This document shows positions 1-13,000 of a stretch of DNA of 64,000 bases, one piece after another. How positions within the stretch are numbered: position 1 is the stretch's first letter; each line of letters starts with the position of its first letter. Source of the DNA: Balanoglossus misakiensis (lineage: Eukaryota > Animalia > Hemichordata); contig CM082582.2 in NCBI GenBank assembly GCA_040954595.2, forward strand, positions 11,151,483-11,215,482, written 5' to 3'. Made by a program: the position numbers and the translations under genes. The notes under the pieces are model-generated. The model worked only from the letters and a program-made list of their open reading frames with translations, had not been told where the DNA came from and made no database searches.

Positions 1-1166
1 TCAAAACTAGCAAACCTGCTACATGTTGGTGTGATAGGCAGGCTTGAAATGCTTTTCCAAGATATACAGCAGTCTGAACCAATCCAAGTAAATTTGGGAA
101 TAATATCAATAATGAACAAGTCTTGAAATCTTGGTAAAAAAATCTTGGTGCTTATATATTAAGACCAAATAAGTCTCAACGTCCATTTCCATTATTATTG
201 GATATGTACTGTAGTCCACAACATTCTATTCTGAAGTAATCCTATTGTATATGCTTGTAAATATGTTACTAACTTTGTAGCCCTATTCTGACTAGACTGT
301 ACATCACTGCACTGGTAGAACTCTCTCAACCTGCTTGCTATGAGTATCTCAATACTTAACCTTGTTTTTTTGTACCTTGTTTTTTTTGTGGTTGCACCGG
401 TGTAACTTGTTGATGTACATGTCTATTTTTTTTGTGTGTGTCTTTGTTTCAATGTACACCTGTAGGACTGATGAAACTGTGAATGTAGATTGTCACAGTC
501 CCAGACACTGAGGATAACCCATTAACAGGATCTATTAGGTACTTTCTATTATGCTATGGTTGCCAGTAATTGCTTGTTGCTAAAAAATATTGCGAAAAAT
601 GTAATTTTTCCGATCCTCTGGGACTGCTCATGTGTCTGCCTCTGAGCATTATTTTATTGTGGTCATATTGAATGGTATCATTGTTCTCAGACACTGTTTA
701 AAAAGGTTGCACTGAAGTATTTTAGGACCTTACAGAAAAACCATCTGCTATGCAGAAATGCTGAAAGGGGACTTGACATCTGATATGTAATAAAAAATAG
801 CAAGGGTAGCGTTTTACATCACAAAGGCAAATGGCTATGGGCTTCTATTGGTCAAAAAGGGAGACTCAAAAATTCCACACAGTATCTCTGAGTTGAAAGC
901 TGTATAAGCAAACTGATATGGAGACAGTATCACACTAATTGTTAAGTATTTCTTCAGTAAATGTGAACCACTTGCACTGCATGTGACCAGAGACAGCAAA
1001 TCAAAGAAATAGGCACTCAGGTTTTAACCAAAAAAGCGCATAAACTTATTTGTTGCCAGGTGATTACCCGCACTTTCTACATATGTATGCTAGAGAAATG
1101 TTGATTCTGGAATTTCCCATACTGGACTAAAATTTGTTGTGTGTGTCTGTGGTTATATTTCCACAG

Positions 1167-2254
1167 AACCCAGAAACTAGAGGATACAGCAGACACCCTT
1201 GATTACAAAAATTATGAGCGTGCTTTAGAAGAGCAGGAGAAATCAACACAACCAGAAAAAGATAATGGAAATGATGCAAAAAGTGACACTGAAACAAAAG
1301 AAGAAGACAAATCCCAAGCAGCTGGTGCAGCAGCGGTGGCAGAAACAAAAACCAAGAAAAAGAAAGGCAAGAAGAAGAAGAAAGGAAGAAAGCGACGGTC
1401 GTCGTTGCCGTCTGATAGGACACCACTGACAAATATGGAGGAGCCTTGGGGACCACACTACTCCACTCAGCTGAACCTTTCAAGTAGTCTACCTCAGTCT
1501 GAATTGGAGCACCAAATGAGATACAAACCGTATGGAATACCACCTGGTAAATACAGATGAAACATGACTATCTGAATATTTAGACACAATTGTTACCGCA
1601 CTACATGTATGTGTATAATATTGCATCAAATGTTCCTGTAAAATAAAATGCTTTAATTTCCTTTCACTCTCAGGTGCAGGCGGGCTGAATTATACTCCAC
1701 GTGGCTACCAACCAATGCCGATAATGTCTCATCCGACATACACCCAACCACCACCACGACCACAACCACCACCTCCTCCGGCGATAAACATCGCCCCGGC
1801 CGGACCCGCTGCCGACTATCATTCCTCCTCGGCCGAATCTCTGCATGAAATCCCCGTCAGTCAGATAAGACAAGCTCCATCGGTATCCACCAGCATGAAT
1901 GCCAGTCCCCGGTATCAACCGAATGCCAGCCCCGGGTATCAGCCGAATGCCAGCCCCGGGTATCAACCGAACAGCAACCCCGGGTACCACCCGAACCACT
2001 ACGGGCGAATCTCACCGCTGAGTTTAGTCTCCTCGCACGACGGCAGCGTGGCTCGCCCCCACACCCGCAGCAGTCTGGACTCCATACCTTTCGCAACAAA
2101 GACATTACCTCACAACAAGCACGAGGTTCCTCCTCTGGATTTTTCCAATCTGCGAGACACTCCCAGCATGGGAGCTCAGTCAGGACGCTCCACAAGCACC
2201 AAGGCAAAGTCACCCAAGAGCTCTAGGAGGTCCCCAAGTGTTCGCGACATGTAA
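1167..2254 (+). CDS. Last two coding exons (1167-1546, 1674-2254) of an unidentified gene entering from upstream; low-complexity Lys-rich then Pro/Ser-rich C-terminus
   Basis: ccacag acceptor at 1166, gtaaat donor at 1547, ctcag acceptor at 1673. The junction G|GT joins ORFs 1141-1560 and 1715-2254 in frame; stop TAA at 2252-2254. A possible upstream 50-nt exon at 489-538 is phase-compatible but weak. Confidence 0.75.
1898..1995 (+). repeat. Coding 24-bp tandem repeat x4 (NASPRYQP/NASPGYQP/NASPGYQP/NSNPGYHP)
   Basis: aatgccagccccgggtatca(g/a)ccg repeated; visible in ORF 1715-2254. Confidence 0.9.
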
Positions 2255-4034
2255 ATAGAACAGAAATGCTCAGATGCTGCAACAGTTGCTTAGGAAACTT
2301 TCAGTTTTGTCAAACTGTGTAAATAGCTGTACAAAATCTGATGTCGTTTGTTTTAAAATGATATAAATACAGTTTTTATTGAGTTCACAAATTTTACTCG
2401 TCTGAAAATTTATTTTGATAGAGCTTAAATCATATTTTATCATGCATATGAAATTTATTTACTATGAAATGAAAGTTGATTGGACTTACCCATTGATGTG
2501 AAAATCACATGTTTGTCGTATATACCAAAGGAAAAACTTACAGCGTGGCAAAAGTACTTACTATAAAAGGCATCGTAGTGCTGAAATTACTAATGGCATT
2601 ATGCTTTGTGATTTTGTAATAATGGGTGCTGCGTAATACACTAATTACAAAAGGGTATTTGTAATCACTCTGGTCTACTGAAATATCCTGCTCAAAAAAA
2701 AAAAAATACAAAACTCCACAAAAATCTTGTAATGACTGGCTCTACTATCGGGCTGTCTTTTTTTGGCTTGCAACTGATGACAACACAGTTGTCTGCTGCA
2801 GTTTAGTACCAGACTTTGAGGCTTATGTGAAAACACTGCAGTTCCACTGCGACTGGTTTATGGGCCACTGTCGTGCCTGTATGGAAATATCGTGAATAAC
2901 AGTAGACATAATGACATTTACACATTATGAGTTGTGTGTTTGCATCGTTTTACAGTAGAAGAAGTGTAATTTTTACGGGCAGTAGCATAGAATTAGAAGT
3001 CTAGGAAATAGTGTTTGTAGTGTGAACGTGTGGCTTGGAAATACAGTGGACCACCGTTACATGATTCCATTTCTAATTAAGACCCCACGTCCAAGACAAG
3101 TAAGCCACTCTTCGTAAACCCAAGCTACAAAGTAGTCCGTCCAATTTAGATTTTATGTGATTACAGGTATTACTGACAGAGAAACCCGCGTGCTACATGT
3201 ACCCGTGTCAATTGAATGCAAATGCATACATGTACTTTGTAAAATTAAGCAGATAATTCACATGTTACATGTATTTTCTTTGATTTTAGCATCACTCATT
3301 CCATCCATAATTTCAATTTCAGATCATATTAATTTTTTATTTGTTAGACCTTGAATGAGCTCAAGTGGACTTAATATATAAGGGTGTGACCCAAATATGA
3401 GAAATTATATTAATCATTTGTTAATTTTTTGTTAATCATCTGAAATTTCTGAAAGCATTATTACTATTTCTGGGATGCTGCATCTTCAAAGTGCATTCTC
3501 TCTTCATCTTTTGAGAGGAATTGTGTGAGTGAGCTTACTGTTTTCATATCACTTCAGTTTTGTTGTTGGTAAACTTGGAAGAACAGTTCCTGGAGATGTT
3601 GTACAAAAGTACCTTGATTTTGTATCATTTTGTATGAAAATTGTCAGGTTACATACTGAGAATGAGATAAGGACTTACGCAGACATGAGTGTTTCTCTAT
3701 CTTTGTTTGCTTTGAATCACATGTACCATTAATACTAGTATGTGCCAATAATAATTCTCATGAAGATCAAAGCTACATGTCAAATCAAAAGTCTTTGGAA
3801 ATAAAGTGACATTAAGGCACCGTGACAGCAACTTGTGACAATTAAGACGGTCATATTTAATTTGCTGTGGCGGTGTGACCGTATCTTTGTCTTTGGCTTC
3901 TTGCTTTCCCCATGAAAACATTTTTGAACAGACCCACCTCATCCCAGGCCCACCCATGTCGCTTTGATGGGAAAAAGTATGCTCAAACCCTTCCAAACTC
4001 CCCTCTATAAAGACGTAAACAAAAGCCTTCGATC

Positions 4035-4090
4035 GATTGGCCTGAAGTGGCGCTTTAAACCAGGGGTCAAAGTTCAAAGTAAAACATGGC
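4035..4090 (+). promoter_or_regulatory. IPO4 proximal promoter/5'UTR motifs: inverted CCAAT, DR1 element GGGTCA-A-AGTTCA (4064-4076), AACATGGC at the start codon
   Basis: Motif matches immediately upstream of ATG 4086; function inferred. Confidence 0.35.
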
Positions 4091-7000
4091 ATCATCCTTG
4101 GAAGAAATTCTACAGAAATTACTCGTACCTGACAATGCCGTTATACAGCAGGTGAGTTGGAAATGTCTACAAAGGGTAAAGGTTAACTGTTCTTTTGTTT
4201 GGAGGTGTGAAGGTATGTGGTGACGGACAGAAGGAATAAAACATGATATAGTCTATGAGTCCACGTGTGTATTGAATGAGATGCACTGTTAAGACAGAGG
4301 TGTTGATTGATTTCATTACATTCTATTCAGTGGCATGTCGAGCACGTGTCTCCAGTCGCTCGGCTGAGTCATGCAAATATCTTGAAAACTACCCAGGAAT
4401 GTGTGAAAGTCGTGGCAATTTGCATAAATTATACAGTGTCAAGTTGTTAAAAAAAAAAGCCATGCATGGCTGTATCCAATCATAGCTCTGCGTAACACGG
4501 GGAGCACACAGACCTGTACGCAGAGCTATATCCAATCAGAACTAGACATTCTTTCCCCCAAAATGTATATAATAGAGAGGCGCTTCTTTAATAGTCCAAG
4601 GAATATAGTGTTACAACGTTTAACTGGCAATCACTATTAATAAACATGCAAAATAAACACGTTGAGCCACATATAAATTGTGGAGCACCTTTATACATGA
4701 TGATGATCTCAAATTATTTGTATGTGTGCGTGTGTGTGTGTGTTAGTCAGTTCATCACTATAAGCATTTTTATACCAATTTCACCCAACTTCCAAACATA
4801 TCTTCAGGCCAATTAATAATTACACATGGTCCAAAATAAAATGATGTCATTGTGCAATGATAAAAGATAGTGTCATTTCAAATTTCAGGCAACTAATGAA
4901 CTTAGACAAGCCTTCAATGACCCAACCATTGCTTCGGCATTGTGCAATGTGTTGTGTACAGCAGAGAATGCACAGGTAAGTCAAAGGGTGTCAGTATTGC
5001 ATATATGTAATACACTGGAAAACACATCATAGGAGTCCCTTAACATCTCTATTAAGATCACCATGAGTGAGTCAGTGGTTGTCATAGCAACATAAGAGTA
5101 AAATGATACAAGGAAGCTATGGATGCCAACTATTAATAATTATGGACTTTCTTTATGGCGAAGTTGTTGTTTTTTCTTCTCTCAGATCAGACAGTTTGGG
5201 GCTGTTTTGCTCAGGAGACGGATAGTCAAACAGTGGAAGAAATTGTCGCCGGAAGGGCAACAGCAGCTGAAACAGACTTTCATACAAGTCTTGATACAAG
5301 AACCAGAGTATGTATTATAAGTTCTGGTGATACTTGTGGTTATCATTATTTCATTCATGATTGTCCTCTATTGTAAATGCATTTTTGGTACCAGAAGCAA
5401 TGATGGAGCTTTCCAGATGACTTTACCTCAGATTATGATGAAGTTACGTTAAATTGTAAACAAAGTCTATTTAGTAATAAGATGAAGTTGCTCCTCTGCA
5501 GGCATTTGGTGCGACACTCAGTAGCCGAGGCGGTCAGTTCAATAGCCAAACATGATTTCGGGGAGGGAAAATGGCCGGAATTACTCCAGTTTCTGACCCA
5601 GTACACAAGAAGCTCAGATTCTGCGCAAAGAGAGGTAAGGACTGCAGTCACCATGACAACACTGAGGGCGCTGTCATGACGTGAAAGCCCCGGAGATTTT
5701 CTTTGCATTAAGTAAATCATGATGTTGCACTTATTCTATGCATATAGTGCACAAGCAGTGTTAAGCAAGTGTTCGTTAGATCAGTAAAGTGAAATTGTTG
5801 CTATTTCAGAAAAAGAATAATTTTGCATAATAAATGTATAAAGAATTGAGTTATCTGACTGTGAACCGATGTGTTCTTTTTCCCATACACAGGTCGGCAT
5901 GTTGGTCATGAGCTCTGTGGCCCAAACGGCTGGGGAGGACTTACAACCACATCTCAGATCCTTACTCTCATTATTTTCAACTTTAATTGATGATAAACAG
6001 AGCAAAACAGTGCCTTTTCACACCATCAAGTAAGAACACATCTGCATTCCTATCCTAATACTCCATACTTTTTTAAAAGAAAAAAGAAACATATCTGAAA
6101 TTTTCCAGTGGAAAGAGTGGGCCATTTTGGTATGAAATTGGAGATGGCAATGCTTTTGAATAAAAAATATTGCAAGACTCTAGAATCTCCTTGTTTACTT
6201 TGAAAGAGAGTTGATGGCAACCTGTCGGAAAATCCCTCTTTTGTCACTAAGTGTTTGTGTTGTCATTCATTTTTCACAGGACCATGACGGCACTGGTAGA
6301 ATTTGTTGGTTCAGATGATGTGGTGAGTTTCAATCTTACATATGTACCATTGATGCATTCGGGTTAGATTTCATTTACAGTTAGCCATGGTCAATTTCTT
6401 ACCATACAATACACTGTACATGTGGTATTAAAAGATCTAATAAATCTAGTGTTTTGTTTCAGCATGTCTTTCGTCCACTCATTCCCAAAGTACTGCCCGT
6501 CATCAGAGATTTGATTTTAGAAGACGAAGACCAAGCGTGTGAAGCATTGGAATTATTTGACGAGTTGGTTGAGTGTGAGGTGACGATAGTCGTACCGCAC
6601 ATCAAAGTCCTGGTTGAATTCTGCTTGGAGGTATGTTCCAACTACTCTGGAATTTTATGTGACTGGATTATGAACTTTGTAATGTGTCTAGGACAGTTGT
6701 AGCTCACTTTTACATTGTTTCTCCTCCTAGGTGGCTGCCAATGCAAACCTTGGAGACAACATTCGTGTTAAAGCGTTATCATTCATCAGCTGGTTGACAA
6801 GACTCAAGAAAAAGGTGAGGGAAGTTTTCATAATGTCATCGCTGATTGAGAAAATAAAGTTTGTGGTGATGTTAACTCACTTCTTTGTGAGTAACTCTTA
6901 CAGGAAACAGGTATATTTCTTGACCTCTATCCTTTTCAGACAATAATAAAACACAAATTGGTCGGCCCAATCATCAGTGTGGTGTTTCCAATCATGTCTG

Positions 7001-10000
7001 CTGTGCCGGATGATGCTGATGAAGATGAGGAGGATGAGTTCATGGACGAGGCAGAAGTCAGCAGGCCATCAGCATTTGCATCACAGGTAACAGACGCATG
7101 TGTCTGCCTTCTCTGAGTGCTGCCTCCTAGTTGTTCACATGAAATTTACTTTGTTTTCTACCAGTATCATTGCAGATACAATCTCTCATCAATGGTGAAG
7201 TGGTACTGCTGAGAGAAATTAGTGATGATGATTTGAAACAAAAGTGAACATTTTCAGAAATTAAAAGGACTGAAAAAAACGATCTTATTTCTTCTGCACA
7301 GGTGATAGACACACTGGCCCTGCACCTGCCCCCAGAAAAGCTGCTGCAGCCCCTAATGCAGTATATTGAGCCAGCTCTTCAGAGCGAGAACCCATACCAA
7401 AGAAAGGCAGCGTTGATATGCTTAGCAGTACTTGCAGAAGGATGTGCTGACCACATCAGGAATAAGTGAGTCAAAAAGTACCGTTATTTACTCCTGACTA
7501 GCATTGCAGAAGAATATGGATGAATGATGAATATCTATTTTATTTTATGAAATGTTACAGGGATCGTGTTAAAGACAAATGTCACTTGCAAAACTCATGA
7601 CCTTAAAAAATGAATTATAATTTTTGTGTCCACAAATTCAGGTCATAAAATATTTACAGCAATTTCCCTAGATACCCCTACCTCCTAAAAATAAACATCC
7701 TGACATGAAAACGTTGCTATGGCAACCTGTGATAGAGTGGATCTCTGTCATTATCACTTCAGACTGCTGGCTCCACTTCATATCCCAAATAATGCAGCTG
7801 AACATTTTGTTTAATAACACAGGCTGTAAAACGTCTCTGGTAACTAAATGTACATTGTGCGTACTTAAAAAAAGTAGGTAGCACTTATGCTTTAAGACTT
7901 GCTTAGCAACAACCATCTGTTTCAGAGGGAGTTATTTGCAACAAAATTCTATTTTTATGCATCTTTGTAAAAGACGATTTAGATGAATTTTTCTCGATCC
8001 AGCATGGTGATTTTTTTGGTAAAATGTCTGTTTTGGAATTTAGAGATGGATCAAATGGCTTGCTGCTATTTTATCTTCACGCATTCTCTCGCATGCCTTG
8101 AGCACTGAGAGTACCAAATATCCTGAAAGAAGAAAAAAAAGATCATGTTTTCTCAACAGCAGTGGTTAGACGCTACAAAAGGGCAATTAGTTTCAGCTGA
8201 TATACATGTACAGTTTGCCTTCACTTCATAAAGACACCAGTATTACACCATCCGTGAATTCTGTGTAAAATTACCACGCAGCAGTTGCTGTTTGCATTTT
8301 AACTTTACTCAGTTTCACTCAAGTGGCTTTCTAACACTTAACTGCGCGAAACGTGATCGAAACTTCGAGCACCTGAGAGTACCTCCATTTGACAGGCTTC
8401 AATCGTTCACAGTGATTTTCTTGCCACTTGTCAGCACTTGACAATGTTGGAGCTGTTGCAGTTTCCTTTCTTCAGGAGACACTAAATTAACCTTTACAGT
8501 AGATCTCCATGTTACGACAAACTTTAATCTTGGTGGATGTGAGAGTCTTATTGCTCACTGTGTTTGGTGATTATTACAGGAAAAGCAAACAGGCCTGTTC
8601 TGCATGCAGAATCACTGCAGGCCAAAATGACAGAATTGAATGGTTGTGTGAATATTTTGCACACAGGAATGAGATAACCTGTTCGCATGATTGCACACAA
8701 ATTTACATCAAGGCAACTGAACCTTTCTGGTGTATTTCAGTACACATTGATGTACATGTAACAGGTTCGACAGAGAAATACCCAAGTTTCAACCAAAACG
8801 TGCAGTGTCAAAAACTCAATTGATCCTGAGTGTGATTGACTCTTTCGCTATAAAGCATGGCTTGGTCCAAGTCTGGTACTTTTCCCGGTGAACTGAGACC
8901 TCGACCGAGGGAAACGAGGAGCAAAAGGGGTTAAATCCTTCGCCTTATTTAATTTCCTTCCAGATATCTCGAGGCGTTGCTTCAAGTCGTGTGCAAGGGA
9001 ATTCAGGACAGCCACCAGGTGGTCCGCAACGCCGCTCTCTTCACCCTGGGGCAGTTCTCCGAACACCTGCAGCCAAACATCAGCAACTATCACGCTCAGA
9101 TCCTGCCGTTGCTCTTTGAGTACATGAACCAGGTGCGGTCGCAGACGGGCAAGAAGAGCATTGTGGGTGTCACCAAGATGTACTATGCATTAGAAATGTT
9201 CTGTGAAAATTTAGGTGAGTTGAACATTCTTTGCATATGTGAAGTGACACTTCCCAAAACATTCTCTTCTGCTTATTAACAAGAAAGAATGTAAAAAATT
9301 AAATATATTTAACATCAAAGAAAAGCAAGTGCACATTTTATATATGTCAAAATGAAAATTCGAAAATTCTACTGAAAGTCTAAGCAAAGTTGCCAGAGAT
9401 CAGACTTCAGCTGCCTTCAATTGTCTTTCCCCACAGAAACAGACATGTTACTGCCATACTTACCCACCTTGATGGAGACCGTTCTGTCCACGCTGCAGAC
9501 GTCACAGTCCATCCACGTCAAAGAGTTGGCGATCAGCGCCATTGGAGCCACTGCCAACGCGGCCAAGGAACACATGCTGCCCTACTTCCAACAAATCATT
9601 GAACATCTCAAAGTCTATCTGATTGACTCCAAGTTGGAAGACGATATGGTGTTACAGATACAGGCGATAGGTGAGTAACTGGCCGAATGTCAAGTCCGTG
9701 CCAAGGAGATAACTGGAGGGGGCGCACTTTGTTATTAGCTGCTGTATCCATCTCATATACAGCACTGTCATATTCACAGCCCGTGTAATAGGATGCTTCA
9801 CACTAATCATTATTTGTATGTCCTTCAAGAAAAGTTAGGCAGTGTTCAATTTCCAGTTTTACAGAATAAAATGGCTGGTGCTTAGGGACAGTGTAGACCG
9901 CTAAACATTCAGTGAAATCAATAAATCGTTTCACAAAATGTAACAATGAAACCAGACATCGCCACCCGTTTATTTGGGCAAGGCATTAATAGTGATTACT

Positions 10001-13000
10001 TCTGTGTGCAGATACCCTCGGTGTTCTTGCAAGGCAGATAGGGGCTGAGCATTTCATGCCGCTGGCCGAAGAATGCATCCAACTCGGTTTGAAGCTGATA
10101 CAAGACAACGATGACCCCGACCTTAGACGATGCTCGTGAGTAACGATTCTCTCTTTCAGAGTTTATTGAGTTCAAAATCTCTCTGCTGGCAGCGTCTGGC
10201 TCTGCAGACTTCAAGTCTCTGTCTAGTGGCCTTCTTTCAAGTTTGAAATCAGGGTAGGGTGGGAAACTCCAGCAAAGAGGTGTGTCATACCACCATGGTA
10301 CCACCACTGTCTCTTTTTTACAAGACTTCAACCACAGCTGCTGCTACATCTGAGTCCTCTCTTGCTAAAACCTTTGCTTCCTATTCATGCATGCACCAAG
10401 CACTTTCAAATCTATCATTAAAACTCCATGTGTGTCTGCACAGGGACTGTGCAGAATACATTGAGAATTTCCTGAGGCTGTCAGGCAAACAATCAGTGTC
10501 TGTTTCTGCATTCGAAGTTTTTCCTGTGTAAAAGCAGGCTTTTCTTTCAAAGTAGAACAATTTAACAGAAAAAAAATGGTGAATATTTTGAAAAGAATAA
10601 ATGCTGTCTCAGATGGTAGCAAAAACTCCACAATAAAAAATAGCTCTCAGCATCTTTCAAGACACATTGAGTCTGTTTAATCATTCAGTTCTCTGACCCG
10701 CAATGCAGGTATAGCAGAATATTCTCAGCCCTGATGGGGAAGAGTGCAAGAGATAACCATACAGTGTATTATTGTATAATCTATTCCCTGGAGGATCCAA
10801 TCCATTTGCTGCAAGCCAGACTTTTGTGTAACTTTCATTGAGCGTTATGCAGTCAGACACGCACACCTCATTGCTTGTGAATTTTTGATGACGTGTCGTT
10901 GTCGGTTTTTCCCGATGCTCTGCGCCAATTTGCAGATTTTTGAAACTAATAAAAAATTACAGCAGGTTTTTAGAGAGTTTAACCCTGATGTCAGATACAT
11001 ACAAATTTCATGTGAATCCTCAACCATGATTAATCAAAATTTCCTGCATTTTTCAAGAACTCTCTAATTTGTTGATTTACATTGTCTTACATATAACCAG
11101 TACTTCCCTAGGTATATATGAATATTTAATGAGTCTGACTACGTTTGTGAGTTATGATTTTACCATGGAGACGACTCCATTAATGTTTCAGGTACATTTG
11201 TTCTAATGTGTACTTTCTGTCTCTCAGAAGCTATTGCACACAGTCATGTAGTCGCTCTCATTTGACCTTAAGTTGATTTAAGCAGTGTTTGCTTTTCGAG
11301 TAGAATATCAATGAAGTAGACCTCTGAATCTGATAGAGTATGGCTAAATTACCATGATGATAATCTTTTAATTTTTTCCCCTACCGTATATCATTCCAGT
11401 GTTGGCTGATTGCCACTGTAGCCGCGCCTTTGTTCATTTAGCCTGGTGTAGCCTCCCTTACAAAAATATCTATAGAATTCTATTGCCTATAGAGTTTGTA
11501 TGGAAGTTTATAGAATTTCTATGGATGTCTATTGATCTGCATTGTATGTGATCACAGCAGTGAGATTAATGATGTATGTACACATATGCATCTTGTAGTA
11601 CCTCTGTAGCTCGTAACCTTGCACATTATCGAGCATGGTTGGCATTGGACGTCGTTAGCCTTGCAGCGGAAAAATTAATTTCACGTTAATTGCGCAAATC
11701 TGCAGCTTATGATAAATTAAACCCAGTGCCTGCATCATCTGCTGTCACGACGCAGAGGGCTTTGTGTTTTGATTAATGACCTTTTCTAAGAAAGATTACA
11801 TTGTAATGACCACGGTCTTAAACTTATCTCAGAATTCTCTTAAGGGAACTCATTTCTGTCTCCCATTATTTTTGTGTGCAAGATAAACTGGGGAGTTTTA
11901 ATTTATGTGTGTGCCGCAGTCCCTCATTAAAACAATTATTACATTACAGATATGGGTTGTTCGCCTCGATCTCCATCGTACTGAAAGCCGGCATGGAGCC
12001 ATACCTGGCTACCATCATCAAGTTGATGGTTGAGTCCATAAAATCGGCCGAAGGAGTTGTGGTATGTGTATTTGCAAGTATTCAGTATGAAAAAATGTAA
12101 CCGTTTGCGCTCAGACCCCCTCCTCATGACCTATGACATAATTCAGAAGTTTCTTCCAGGGGTAGTGGAGGATTTGAGTTTGAAGGAAAGAAAATGCATA
12201 ACTTTATTTGAATACATTCTGCAGGCCCATTATAAAGAAGAAGAAAACAATTTTTTCCAAGTGTTCGACGAACAAGATTTAGAGGAAGGCAACGAAGACG
12301 GCGAAAACGGACTGGATGATGACGAAATTGAAGGGTAGGTTTGAGGGTCAAAGTGCAAAGCGTTGCTATGCAGGGGTCATCTATGAATATCCATTCTAAA
12401 TTTATAGTCAGATTGCAATGATGAACCCTGAGATATGTACTGGCCTTTGTGTGGCAAATCTCATTCTTATGCGGGACGGTTAAAAATAAGAAAACCTTTC
12501 AGTGAATGGACATATAAATTACCAGTGAAAATGCTATGTTTGTCGTAATATTTAACTTTTGCCCCAGAGCTCGTGCGACCTTGAGCTATAAGTGATTGGA
12601 AATAGGCAGAGATGGGATAAGGCAGGCAATTTACGAGATTATCCTCTGTTGAATAATTTAGTTGAGGCCTATCAAGATTCTCTTGTGGCCGGCTAAAGTA
12701 ATAACTGATGGATGTTGCTTTGCATCCCTGCAGGTTTAGTGTTGGGAATGCTTACTTGGATGAAAAGGAAGACAGCTGTAATGCTCTTGGAGAGATTGCC
12801 AGCAATACAGGGTGAGGAAAGAAAGGTCTTAACACAAACACATAAACACTAGCTAGCTGGCCATCCATGAATACAATTTCTCTCTCTTGCTCTCTCTCTA
12901 TCTCTCTCTCACTCTAACCATCTGCCTGTCCTTTCAATTTTCGCCAATTCTGAAAGTTGTGTTAGGTCACAACCAGTCAAATAAAGAATTGAAGATGTAC

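Noticed and set aside
6289-6303. 15-nt match to miR-183/263 family sequence (ggcactggtagaatt)
   Set aside because: Lies within an IPO4 coding exon, lacks the correct 5' end and has no hairpin
7222-7273. Possible intronic C/D snoRNA (GTGATGA...CTGA)
   Set aside because: Too short, no terminal stem, no recognisable rRNA guide
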